DNA from: the human T2T-CHM13v2.0 reference genome, Homo sapiens
Reading direction: 5' to 3' (one strand)
Assembly: GCF_009914755.1 (NCBI RefSeq)
Contig: NC_060934.1
Length of the DNA: 64,000 nucleotides
Positions within the stretch are counted from its first letter, which is position 1, and the number at the start of each line of letters is the position of its first letter. A program made the translations under genes and the position numbers. The notes below the pieces were generated by a model. That model searched no databases. It worked only from the letters and a program-made list of their open reading frames with translations, and was not told the origin of the DNA. This document shows positions 35,163-48,023 of the stretch, piece by piece.

Positions 35163-36470
35163 TTTATTCACCTGTGTCAACCCGGCTCGGAGGTGTGGCC
35201 TGCGAGATCCTTCATGCAATCAAGAAGTCAGGCCTCCACCTGGTCCTGGGGGTCATCTGAGGCCCGCAGTTTTGGAAGAGGAATGTTTTCTGCCAGCAGT
35301 TCCCACAGACGGGCTGGCTCCCCACTGTGGGGACATGCACCATGCCCTCTGTGGGCCTCTGTTTTTCATCCCTGAATTCATCCCCCACAGAATGGTTCAG
35401 TTGTCATATCTAGCTATCTAATAAGCTTGAGGGCACTGTGTCCCCTAGGGGATGCCCACATGCCTGACCATGCAGGCTGATGCAGTGACAAGCACAAAGT
35501 ATCGTGATTATAGTTCCTGCTCTCCTTTCCAGGGCTTTAAGCCCAGCACATGATGTTGTGCGTTTCTTGTTCCACCAACTGGCTGCTGTGGAATGACTAC
35601 GAAACATCTTGGATGACAGTTTAATCCTCGTGGGGTACCAGGTGGCATCTGGGCACAGGTCAAACTTTCCGAGAGCCTTTTTAACCTCTTTCACTGCAGC
35701 CAGGAATGGCTGGATCTCTGCTGCTGCCTATAGGGATTACAGTTGTCCCATCCATACACTGGTCTGTGTTGGCTTTTGTCACCTGGGCATGTGCGGCCAC
35801 CATCTTGACTGCTCAGCTAGTTCTGTACCTGGGTTCTAGAATGATGTCATAATGATGCCATTATGACAGATCAGCCCAAGGCTGCACACTGACCTAATCA
35901 ACAGGTGCGGCAGAGCTGTGATTAAGAGACTGAGTCAGTTCCCACTTGTGAATAGACAGCATGAAGGCTTTAAACCTCTCTGAACCTGATCAGCATTGGC
36001 AATGATCTTCTGCAGATCCAACAACAGCACAGAAGAATGTATCATCAGGAACACATTTGGATATTGACACAACTTCATCTGCAGTTGGCTTGTCATCCTG
36101 AGCTCCGTTCCCAGGCAGCGTAGATATTGCACAGGATTTTGCTGACCAGGGAGTTGGGTTATAAGTGGTAACTCCAACCTCTTAATACTAACGACATTGA
36201 CAGTACCATATAATCCATCTATTACACCACACAGGAAAATCAAGCCCAGTGGTACAGGACAGAAGAACTGGCTCCAGCCAGGATCAAGCATTGCTTTGGC
36301 ATTGTTCCCCAATACCTGGGCCTTTCTTCTCCAATTGTTGGGGTAACTGGAGTGAGGAGCCTGAGGGGACCCAAAGATGTTCTCCTGGTAGGATTCCCTC
36401 TCATGGTCTTCTGCATTTGTAGACATTTTGATTGGTTCCATTTCTAAGGGCCAATTATCTGTGCTTTAAC
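35163..36470 (-). pseudogene. Candidate decayed coding terminal exon of an unidentified gene (possible unitary pseudogene)
   Basis: Acceptor ttccttatttcag| at 36471, gaaATGG at 36441, 168-codon ORF with hydrophobic stretch, downstream stop-interrupted frame, AATAAA at 35163-35168; no homology recognised. Confidence 0.35.
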
Positions 36471-37524
36471 CTGAAATAAGGAACCTGCCTTCTGATCTTC
36501 AAGGATATGTACATGGACACACATCTTTCAGATTCAACTCTTGAGATTTTTGGTTTTAAACAAACAATTGTGTTCATCACAAATGAAGATTCCCTCAAGC
36601 AGCAGCCGCCTGGAATCAACTGCTGAGTCCAAATCTTGTAGCCCTTAAAAATATTTAGTATTTTTACTAAGTAATAAGTATTTAGGGTGTTATGAAAAAT
36701 GCAATTTGAAAAAGTACATTGGTTTTTAAGAACAAGAGGAACTATTTAGAAATTATACAATATATTAACAAAAGTAAATATTTAATATATCTCAAACACA
36801 AAAATGCAAAAACTGGTTACCAAGCATCAAGAAAAACTTAAAACTTGTAAAATACAAAGGTTAAATGTATTTTATCTTCATTCTATTATTAGCAGATAAC
36901 CTTAATAAAAATGAGCTGTTATTTACAGCAAAATATCATGTAATTTTAGATTTATCACTTTTTATTTCTATGGAAAAGCAACACCAGCATGTATTGTTGC
37001 TGAAGGTGAAGCAACTTTTTGATTCTGTTCTGTTCCACTCTGTGTTCTAAGATGTGTGTCAGATACCGGCCACACACCCTACATGTGCTCGGGGCACAGC
37101 CTGGCCCCACACAGCACTCTAGTCTGCAGGTGGGCATCTAAGGCCCTGCCATTCCCACTTCTTATTGTCATATTTACTTAGTTCTCAGCACCTCTGCCCA
37201 TCTTTAAATGACTTAAGTGAGAGTATGTTAAAGTAGCTTACATGTTCCTAAGCTTCCTCACAGCACATCCCATCTGTGACAGCAATTCAGAAAAAAACAA
37301 ATTTTCTTTTATTCTTAATGGTACACAGCATAAGAGAACAGCTCAGGCAGTTTACTGTAATTGACGGTCCTGATGTCCTTATCTATAAACTAAAAACTCC
37401 CCACAGAAGCTTCTGTAAGTATAATGTTAAATAAGTCTATAAACACAAATAACAGTAACAACAAGAATGTAATCCAAATGCCCAGTTATGGGAAACTAGT
37501 GAAGAAATTTACTGGTAAACCCAC

Positions 37525-38284
37525 TGTGATGATGTGTGTGTATGTGTGTGTGTGTGTACATGTCAAGTTGGCTCAGTGACAGTCCCTAGTTATGTAAGCT
37601 AGGTGCTGCTGTGAAGGTATTTTGCAGATGTGATGAATATTAAGAGTATCCTGGACCGGGTGTGGTGGCTCACACCTGTAATCCCAGCACTTTGGGAGGC
37701 TGAAATGGGTGGATCATGAGGTCAGGAGACCGAGACCATCCTGGCTAACACGGTGAAACCCGTCTCTACTGAAAAATACAAAAAATTAGCCGGGCGTGGT
37801 GGCAGGTGTCTGTAGTCCCAGCTACTTGGGAGGCTGAGGCAGGAGAATGGCATGAACCTGGGAGGCAGAGCTTGCAGTGAGCCAAATCTCTGCACTCCAG
37901 CCTGAGCAACAGAGCGAGACTCCGTCTCAAAAAAAAAAAAAAGAGTATCCTGAAAGATCTGGGTGAGCCCGATTCAATCAGTTGAAAAGCTTTAAAAGCA
38001 GAAGCCTAAAAAGGCCTTAAAAGTTGAAGCTTCCCTGAAAAAGAAAAGAAATTCCACCCACAGGCAGTGGCGTCTGCTGTACTTGTGCCTGTGGAGTTCC
38101 ATTCTGCTCATTCACTTCCCTCCTGACTGCCCATAGACAACAGTTGTGGTCTGTGCCCATGACCTCCCTGATTCTGGACTTGCTTAGCCAGCACCCACAA
38201 TCTTGCAAGCCAATTCCTTTAACAAATTTGTATATATATGAAATACACTGGTTCTTCCTCTCTAATTAAAGCCTGGCCAACACA
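37525..38284 (+). mobile_element. MLT2-type ERVL LTR with an AluY inserted (37653-37942)
   Basis: tgtgatg...ctaggtgctgctgtgaaggtattttgcagatgtga...aacaca; Alu TSD aagagtatcctg. Confidence 0.7.
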
Positions 38285-39514
38285 CCCAAAAATTAGAAGG
38301 GGATGCTGCTGTTAGAAGGAATAAGGTATACATTTTAGGCCATTCAAGACTCCAATAAATGACAGTAAAATAATAGCAAAGAAAAACCTTACTTTGGGGT
38401 TAAGAAATCACAGATTGATACATAAACTTAATTTTGCTCCTCTATTAAAATCCTACTACAAAACAGTAAATATAGTAAAAGAATTTCTTTTAAAAGGACA
38501 TTAATTTAGAAATACAGGGAAAGCAGAGGGGCAACAACCACAAAATCATTTTAGAAGTTGAAAAGGAGAGAGACCAGTGGCAAATTCCTTAGCAGACCTG
38601 AGAATACCACACCCAAAACCAGCAGAAGAAAATGCTAAGAATCTTTAAATACACAGAACTGTGGCGTTGTTACCCCATGGAAGTTGGGGTGGAGGGGAGG
38701 CTTAAGTATGGAATGGGTAAAAGCTGGGTGAGAAACCCATTCCTAGTTTCCAAACTACAGAGCTACAGCCTTTTCCTCAACATGGCCGAAGCTAGGAGGT
38801 TATTCTCTAGAGAGTATAAGTGAGGTTTGGAACTAGGGGATGCCAGCATGGATCCAGAGAATGGGCGCCACACTGAAAACAAAAGGATGAAGTGACCATA
38901 TGCTGTCATGCTGAACGCTGAGTGCAAAGAGTCCTAGCCTTCTTCCCCTACTGGGCTCCAAGATGCGGCCAGGCCGATCCTTCCCATCACATAGGAAGGG
39001 CCCCTTGGGGTAATCTGGCAAATCTCTGAAGACCTAAAGAGAGCACTGCTGTGCTTCCCCAGTGAACAGCCCAGCCAGACCATCCTACAGTGAAACTCAA
39101 AAGACTCAAAAGACCGCACTCTCACCCATTTGATCTGGACTTTTACATTTCCCAGGCTTCATCAGTCGACACCCAGTGATTACCTGACACCTGAAGTTAA
39201 AACCTCTAATGTGCAAAACCAAGACCAAGGCAAAAACAAACAAACAAACAAACAAACAAACAAACAAAAAAAAAAAAACAACCTTAGAGGAAATGGAATT
39301 ACGTGGGATGAAGAAAAAAAATACTATCCTCAGATAAGATATTGTATTCATGAAACAAGTACAGGAAGATATAAAAGAGTTCTTGGAAATTAAGAACTTG
39401 TTAGCAAAACTGAAAAACTCAAGAGAAGGGACTGAAGGATGAAAGTTGAGTGAATCGCCACAAAATAAGAGTAAAATGACAAAACGACACTGGAGTAACC
39501 AAAAAATGAGGGAG

Positions 39515-39794
39515 CTGGCCAGATCCAGGGGCTCACGCCTGTAATCCCAACACTTTGGGAGGCCAAGATGGGAGAATCATGAGGCCAGGAGTTTGAGATC
39601 AGCCTGGACAACACAGTGAGACCCATTTCTACAAAAAATTTAAAAATTGGCTGGGCTTGGTGGCGTGTACCTGTAGTCCTAGCTACTTGGGAGGCTGAGG
39701 CGGGAAGATCGCTTGAGCCCAGGAGTTGGAGGCTACAGTGAGCTATGATTGCACCTCTGCACTCCAGCCTGGGTGACAGAATAAGATTCTGTCT

Positions 39795-39827
<33 letters not shown>

Positions 39828-40339
39828 AGAGAAGAGAAGAGAAAATGAGGGAACTGTCCAGGATCCCCAACACATAAATAACTGAAGCTCCAGAAAGAAC
39901 AGGGAAGTGGCCTGCAGCAGGTGCTCACGGCCCTTGCTGTTTTGGCTCTCTGGGTCTGCGTGTCCACCCCAGCCTCCAGCCTCCCAACCCATACATATCA
40001 ATCCACACACAAGGATGAACACAGATTTTGCTAGTTTCTTTGTTTTTTGTTTTTGTTTCTGAGATGGAGTCTCGCTCTGTTGCCCAGGCTGGAGTGCAGT
40101 GCACGATCTCGGCTCACTGCAAGCTCCGCCTCCCAGGTTCACGCCATTCTCCTGCCTCAGCCTCCCGAGTAGCTGGGACTATAGGTGCCTGCCACCACAC
40201 CCGGTCAAATTTTTGGATTTTTAGTAGAGACAGGGTTGCACCGTGTTAATCAGGATAGTCTCGATCTCCTGACCTTATGATCCGCCAGCCTCAGCCTCCC
40301 AAAGTGCTGGGATTACAGGCGTGAGCCACCGCGCCCGGC
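39515..40339. mobile_element. Inverted Alu pair: AluJ-like + (39515-39845) and AluY-like - (40039-40339)
   Basis: Alu consensus; TSD cagaYtttgctagttt around the second. Confidence 0.85.
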
Positions 40340-41332
40340 CAGACTTTGCTAGTTTTTACTTCATCCAGCCCTGTTCAAGAAGATGATGCATAGGAGAAGA
40401 TAAACCCAGTGACCCTCCTGTGGATTAAGAATTCAGATCCGAGGCTAAGCCTTTCTCCTCAAGTGTTTCCTCACAGGAAACAGATCCATCGAAGGAGAGG
40501 AGGACAGGAAAATCAAAAGAAGTCAACATTCCCAGGAGATTCTCAGCAAAATAGAGGAGAGGTGTCAAGATGAGAGCTGGCACCAGACCCCGAGGGCAGT
40601 GATTCTGGCCTGGAGCAAGGATTCAGGACAGACACGTCAGGAGCCCTCAGCACCAAGATCCCTGCGGGCTTCCCGCAGCTCAGCTGAGGACAGGTCACCC
40701 GGGCGATCCCATTCACATTCTTTCTACTCGGCTTACCTTGACATGATGGAGAAGCTTCCTGCCCTCCAGATCAGCTGAAGATCCTCACTCCATCCCACAG
40801 CAGCGCTCGGCTTTGACGTCCTCCCGAAATCAAAAGGTCAGCTGTGGGGACTACAAAAACAGAACTCAGCAGCCGGCACCCTCCATCCACATTCTTGCCA
40901 GATGATCAGGGTCTGGTCCATGGATAGTGTGGCCACGGGCCCTGATGGTGGCAGCCCTGCTACGCCCAGGACTCATTCAAGCCTTGCTGCTCCCTGGCTT
41001 CCCCAGAAGGGCCCCTTGTAAATTCTTGGAGAAGCTGAAGTCCACTCTGACCTTGAGATCACATTATGTTCTCCAGCAGACTTCATTCAACATTGGAAAC
41101 ACTGTGCTTTCCCCACACAGCTAATCTGCTTGATGCTCAATGTTTTTAAAAATGAACAGTATGTGAAGAGCAAGGAAATTATTCACTACAGGTCAGGCTA
41201 GCACTTACTTTGGTAGAGAGGGTGGGGCATTCAACCGGGTGAAGACATATGAGTGCTTCTAAGGTAGTTGGTAGTGTTCTGTTCCTTAAAGATGGAAACA
41301 CTATCCATTTTACTCTTTAAACTATACATTTA

Positions 41333-41452
<120 letters not shown>

Positions 41453-42671
41453 TTAATAACAAAACTATACACTTATATTGGATATGCTCTTCTCTATGGA
41501 TGACATCTTTCACAGTTGGGGAGAAAAAGAGATAAAAACACATAGTAATAGGGAGAACTAAAGGGGAACCATTAGGAGGCCAGAGACTATATTCTACAAA
41601 GGGAGAGCAAATGAAAGAGTATGGACGGACAAGAGAAGGGTGAGGGAACCCACAGGCCAGAAAAGTAGCAGAAGGGGGCAGTACAGAAGGCCCACCCACC
41701 CTGGAGCCCCCATCTGCTGAGAGGTCCACCGTTCCCACGCCAGCACGTGCACCCTTGTCTGCGGTTTATGTTCACTCTGCATCCCTTCCTGTACTTCACG
41801 TTTCTCTTCATCTTTGACATCATGACCCTTGTGGCCCTGTGTCTCATCAACCCCACAGGAGGTGGCAGCTCGGCTTCCCCAAGCCTCTGGTTAGCCCACT
41901 GCTGTTGAGCCTCAAAGCTTTGTCTTGGCTGGAAAGAAAGGCCTGAGGCTTCTGGCCGGTGCTCGGCTTCTACTCCAGAGCTGCTCAGGGTCGGCGCCTA
42001 AGCATGAGGTCTCCTCCTGCCTTGAAGCTGGGGTTTCCCACAGTCTCTGCTAGGCCAGGAGCAAAGTCAAGCTCCATTTGAGTCCTGTTGCCCACCCATA
42101 TCACAGAATCATAGCTGTTAGCATGGGAAGGGGCCGCAGAGGTCATCTCATATTCAATTTCTTGGTCTCATGGCTGGAGTTGAAGAATCTGCTCTGCCTT
42201 TCCAGAATGATCTGAGCCAGTGTGAGACAGACACCACCTCCAGGAGGAGGCCCATTTGGCTGTGCCCACAACCCCGCCCCCCAGCACGGTCTCCATGTGG
42301 GGTAAATAAGCCTCTAACCCACCAGGGTACAAATCCTTTCAGGGCTGCTTGACGGCATGTCTCGGGGCTGCCCTGCAAGGCCCGTGTGTCCAGAAAGAGC
42401 GATCTCAGTGACTTAAGTGCCTTCCACCTGAAAAAGACATAGGATTTTCCCCCCCTTGTAATTATAAAAGAAAACCAAGGTACCTGTAGAAAATCTGGAA
42501 ATTACAGAAAAATCTAAAGAAGAAAATAAAATCACGATGGCCTAAGTGCAACTGTGAAGGTTTGGCATCACACCTGAGCTCTGTGAAAGAAACCAGCCCT
42601 AAAACCAGCAGCCACCACCCCAACCCCTACACCCCCATCTGCCCAGTCAGTGACTTAAAATCCATCGTGTT

Positions 42672-42963
<292 letters not shown>

Positions 42964-43852
42964 ATATATCAACGGCTCTGCTGCCCATTCTGAGGATGGC
43001 GCAGGGTGTGGGCTGTCAAGGAGACAGAGGCAGGCCCTGTCCCTATGGACACAAGGGCCCACTCCAACTACCAGAGCCCCGCACAGCTCTGTGACACCCC
43101 GTGGCCACAGGTGAGATCAAGACTGCAGGGCCACAGTGGAACTTCACCCAGCAGGAAATGATGAGGGAGGCATCCACATCAGTCTGCCCCCACCAGCCTG
43201 GCCACCAGTGGAGTGTGAGTGAAGCTTCTGGAGAACATTCTGCCCCCAAGCCCCTCCAAGAAAAAGGATCAGAGAAGGAGGGCTCTGCTCTGCCCCAGGC
43301 CTCAACCTGGCTTCCTGCAGCTAAAGGCCCAGCCTCCCAACTTCCTCATCACCTTGCAACACGGAGTTCAGGCCCACGTGGGCTGTTCTGGGAGTCCAGC
43401 AATGCTGGGTGATCTCCCAGTGTGATGCTGTCAGGTACTACAAAGCAGCCCCCAAGCAGGTGGGGCCATTCCCAGCCAAGGGCCCCAGACAGGGCCCTGA
43501 CTGAGAATGCTACCCAGAGCACTCAGCTCACTCCCTTTTGCTTTTCCCAAGCCTGCAGAATTGAATGTGAGGGCCAGAGGGCAGAATCTGGGTCTCACAC
43601 AGATGGGCAGCCTGGCTGCAGTCACCAGTTCATGCCACACTGGACAGATGGGTGGCAGGGAAGGGCAGGAAGGAGTGAGAGAGAGGCTGATGCAGCGGGT
43701 AGCAGGGACTGCAAATTGTCATGTGAGACAGAAAGAACCTACACATCAGCCAACTCCAGCTACGTGCTGCAGAGGAGAAGCTGTCTCAAGTTTAGAAATA
43801 CAGGAAAGCTGACTGACTAGGAAGAGATTAAAAACTCACATCTTCAAACACA

Positions 43853-45504
43853 GCCTTACAGAAATTGACCTTTATTTGTTGTACTAAAGCCTGTTTAACT
43901 TTTGATACAAAGTAACATTTTAGTACAGAAAATCCCAGTCTGTCAGCTCAGTACCTGTCTGTGCACACTGTACCATCTCAGTCCCACTCTGCCTGTAACT
44001 TAGAAAACAGCCCCTACCCCCAGAGGGTCTGCGAGTTAATACCTTGAGAATAGTCTACAGTTTTTCATAGTTTGTCTGAGCTAGAAAACTTGTACCTGTA
44101 AAACAAAGGACAGCATTGAGGACTGAAACTTGTCTCTTTTTTGAACAACTGTGCAAGAAAATATATCCCTTTTTAAAAAACATCAGTTATGGCTAAACTA
44201 CAATCTAGTGTCTAGAATTACAAAGAATAAAATGAAATCAAAGATTTCTCGCTAGTAAAATGAAATGTTAGGAACAGTATTAAAATATAGGTCCTACCCC
44301 AACGACACTTACACAGAGCCCAGTACAGTACCTATTATTAACAGGACGCATAGCTTAAGGAGGAACCACATCAAATCTTCAGCCAGACATATCTAGCCTC
44401 AGAAGTGCAAAAAAAAAAAAAGCCCCCAAACGAAGACACCCACACTGAGTAGGGTGCATGCCGTGAGTGCTGTAATCAAGATTAAAAAGACCTCAGTTTT
44501 TCTTTTTAGACTGTTGATAGTGACAATAACCATTATGCTTCCCCTAAAAGCTCTCAATTCAATGTCTGAAACATGAATGTTTTCATATCAAAAAGAACTG
44601 ATGTACCTGCCACCCTCTAAAAAGTTTAAGAATTACCCTGCAAACATTGCACTGATGAAGGCTGTCACGACTTACAGAGCCTAAGGAGGACCCAATGGCA
44701 GGCATCAGCACAGCTGAACACCACCTGGACCCCACTGCAGCCCTGCCCACGCAGCTCTCACGGAGCAGACACAGTCCTCAAGTAATAAGCACAGATGGAG
44801 GAGAAACGAGAGGCTGTGGAAGGCAGGAGAGAAAGGCCGAGAGACGAGTTTGTAAGAATGCCAAAGTCACCTTCCCCATTGTGGGAGGAAAATGCCAAAG
44901 GCACTGGTTCTGCTGCCACAGGCAGTCTGAGCACCTGGAGTTGTGACGTCCTTCCAGGAGAGGTGCCACCAAGGAGCAGGAGGTTTGTCAAAGCTCTGGT
45001 CCCACCAACAAGAACCTCCCAAAGCAAAGCAGCCCCCATTGAGGTTCCAAGGTCGTTTTGCTGAAGACGGGAACGAAACCAACACCAAAGCGACAGGGGG
45101 TTGACAGAGGGGACAGGGGCTGGGCACCGGCAACATGGAGCCGTTCAAGTAAACATAAACCACCAAATACTTAGAAAAGGCTTGTAAACGAGTGATCCGA
45201 AAGGTTCTCTTTGCAGCATCTCTGATCAGCTGGCTAAAGAAAGGTGGGTGCTGAACCCGTCTTTAGTGTTATCTGTTTTGTGTTAAAGCACACGTGTGAC
45301 ACGGGCAGAGTGTGTGGGCCTGGGCCTGGATCGCACGCAGCCGTGGCCCTCTGTCTACAAAGGAGGTGCTTCTGGGTCCTGGTTCCGGATCCTTCCCCTG
45401 CATGTTCATAGACGGACAGACTTCTACTTTCAGTCGCTAGAAAAGAGCTGAGTCTGGCGTCCCCTCAGGCGGCCAGCTGCAGTCATCCACAGCACAGCAT
45501 TCTC
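43853..45504 (-). other. DLG5: DLG5 3'UTR (~1.65 kb)
   Basis: Repeat-free sequence between the stop codon and AATAAA; cleavage site estimated ~20 nt after the signal. Confidence 0.8.
43871..43876 (-). terminator. DLG5 polyadenylation signal AATAAA
   Basis: tttatt on + strand; followed on - strand by a GU/U-rich element (tgtgtttgaagatgtgagttttt); UGUA motifs upstream. Confidence 0.8.
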
Positions 45505-45608
45505 CTAGAGCGGGCAGGCTGGAATCCACAGGACTTTATTTTGTTCTTGATTGACCATTGCCAAGATCTGAGTGCAAATGCTTGACAGGGCTCCTCCCTG
45601 GATGACCC
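45505..45608 (-). CDS. DLG5: DLG5 terminal exon, coding part to TAG stop
   Basis: Manual translation (G)VIQGGALSSICTQILAMVNQEQNKVLWIPACPL*; cttttgcag| acceptor; TAG at 45507-45505. Confidence 0.94.
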
Positions 45609-47072
45609 CTGCAAAAGAGCCCCCCAGACACGTCATTCAGCTCAGAGTAAGACCCCAGGTTTGAGGCAAGGCAGTACAGCTTGCACTCTTTCTACTGTGT
45701 GGCTGTCTGCTTTGTGCTCCTTGGCACTCTGCTCCATCCCCACCTGACTCTCCTTCACCAGCAAGAAACTGGGAAAGAAAATTGCCCCTCTTGAGTTGAT
45801 CACTCATATGTAAACTGCCCACCCCACTGCAGTTAACACCCTGGGTTGGGTTTGCAATGGTTGGGGGAATCCCAGGGCATCAGAAGGAAGTTTGGAGGAC
45901 ATGTGGCGGTGGTCTAATCATTAGCAGGATTCTGCAGGAAACGACAAGTTTAAGGAGCCAGATAGCTCATGGCCAAGAGGAGAGTCACAGAAAGATGATG
46001 ACGCCAACTTGGGCCAGCCCTGTACTATAGGAGTTTGACAAAGGGGTCTATAGACACCAGGCCAGGGGTACTCCAGTGTGCTCCACATAACAGCACCTGG
46101 ACACAAACCAAGCCCCTACTGCAACAAGGCATGCTCAGAAATTGACAGTGAGTGTCTAGAAACTGCTATGGAAACAGGACGTCGTAATTTTATGTCTGTT
46201 GAATCTAACAAGAAAAAAATAGAGCTTACCTTTTGCAAGACTTAGAGTTTTAAATTTTCATCTCTCTAGGAATTGTCAGTGTATTTGGCTAAATACCAGT
46301 CTGTGAGGAATTGGAAATGAAAGTTCACACACACACCCACACACACACACACACAGAGGCATGCACACCTGCACATACCTACACACACATGGGCACCAAG
46401 CCCAGGTCCCTGGACTAGATCATAACACTCTCCACAATGCAGTTAGAATCCCTGTCCCATCCTCTGTGACTGCAAATGCTAATGCCCTGCAAATGACAGA
46501 CTTTCCCAAAGAGGCTGAAGGCCAGAAGGTAAAATAGAACCAAACTTCACTGAGTTTGTTTCACTTTGAAGACCAGAGATGGTAAGGGGACAGCATTGTT
46601 TTTTTTTGTTTTGTTTTTTGTTTTTTTTTTTTTGGAGGGGGGTTTGCCAAATCCCGCTGCAAAACGGGACTGCCCTGGAGGGTGCTAGGGACAGATGGGC
46701 CCCTAGCCTCCGCTGCCCACACTGCTGGCACACTGGGGGCTGCTCCAGTCCCCGCCCTGCCTGGGGACACTGTGGCTGCACTAAACTGCACCTGTGCTAT
46801 GAGACAGACCCACCACTGCACGTGTGAAAATGAGCAGGCAAGCCAGGCAGGACCTGAGGCCAAGATCGGTGAGCTTAACATTCAACCTGTAAGAATCCTG
46901 ACGTTGGCCAGGGACTGCAATCTGAACACCTGACTTGTCAGGAACGTGCTCATGACAGCACTTGGGAGCATGTAGAAAGCGCGGGCTTCTCCACGGCTAA
47001 GAAAACAGCCTTAGGAAGCCTCTGCTTCCTTCCCTGCTGCCTGCTCCCCACTCCAGGCCCACGCACACCTAC

Positions 47073-47182
47073 CTGTGAAGTACCTGCTGTACTCCTGCTC
47101 AAGCTTCTGCGCCGCCTCAAACTGCTCTTTGGAATGCCTCTGAGTCACCTTGTCCCTCAGGTAGATGGGGTCTCTCTGCTCC
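47073..47182 (-). CDS. DLG5: DLG5 coding exon (probably 31), GUK domain
   Basis: EQRDPIYLRDKVTQRHSKEQFEAAQKLEQEYSRYFT; ccacag| and CAG|gtaggt; 110 nt. Confidence 0.94.
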
Positions 47183-47913
47183 CTGTGGGGACAGCCAGAC
47201 ACCAGGCTGAGCACTGAGCCTCCTCCAGGCCCTCTTTCCTTCCTCTGTCCAGGCTAACAGGGGCCCCATCAAGGCAGGGGTAGGCTGTGGAGGGAGGCCC
47301 CATGTGCTCCCCACATAAAGCACAGCAACAGCCTGTAGGCTGTCGGGGGAGCTCTGGGCAGATGGGGGAAGGAGGGCCCCCCAGCACACACACTTGGAAC
47401 AGATGCACCAGCAGCCCCTAGCGCAGGTCCCAGAAGCTCAGCAGCACAGAAAGGCAAAATGGAGCAGGGCCTTGGTGAGCCCTTGGCCCAACCAGCACAG
47501 GAGCCGAAGCTCAGCGAAGGCAACGGCTCCTGAGTCATGAGCCAGCTCGGGGCTGAGTGGGACTGTGCCCAGGCCACTGGCTCCCCTGCTCCTAAGCAGC
47601 ACGTAGCGAGGAAAGGGGGCTGGGGCAGGAGAGGGGAGCTGTGCAGACCAAGCTGGCCATGCCCAAAAAACAGTGGCAGCACCCAAATGGCGGAGGGGCG
47701 CGAGGAAGGGGCTGCGCTTGGCTGACACCACCTCTGAGTAGGGGACAGGGCCGACAGGGAAGGGTCATTTTCTACACGTACTGCCTATTTCAAGACCCAT
47801 AGGCCCATCTCTCATTCCTCAACCCCCCACCCCAACACACCCTGCTCCCTACTTGGGCTCCCAGCCCCACCTGTGACAAGGCCCCAGCGGAGCCCAGGGG
47901 GCCAGTTACCTAC

Positions 47914-48023
47914 TTGATGTGCTTGGCGCTCTTGTAGTGGATGAAGATGACAATGGGGTAGATGTGCATGTGGTGGAGCCGCTCAATAGCGTGCGGAGCA
48001 ATGTCCAGGAGGCAGTGTCGGTT
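47914..48023 (-). CDS. DLG5: DLG5 coding exon (probably 30), GUK domain
   Basis: Manual translation NRHCLLDIAPHAIERLHHMHIYPIVIFIHYKSAKHI(K); ccccag| and AA|gtaggt; 110 nt. Confidence 0.93.

Noticed and set aside
39390-40142. 250-aa ORF
   Set aside because: Mostly Alu-derived translation with low-complexity F/L runs
45535-45540. AATAAA on the minus strand
   Set aside because: Lies inside the DLG5 coding sequence (QNK codons)
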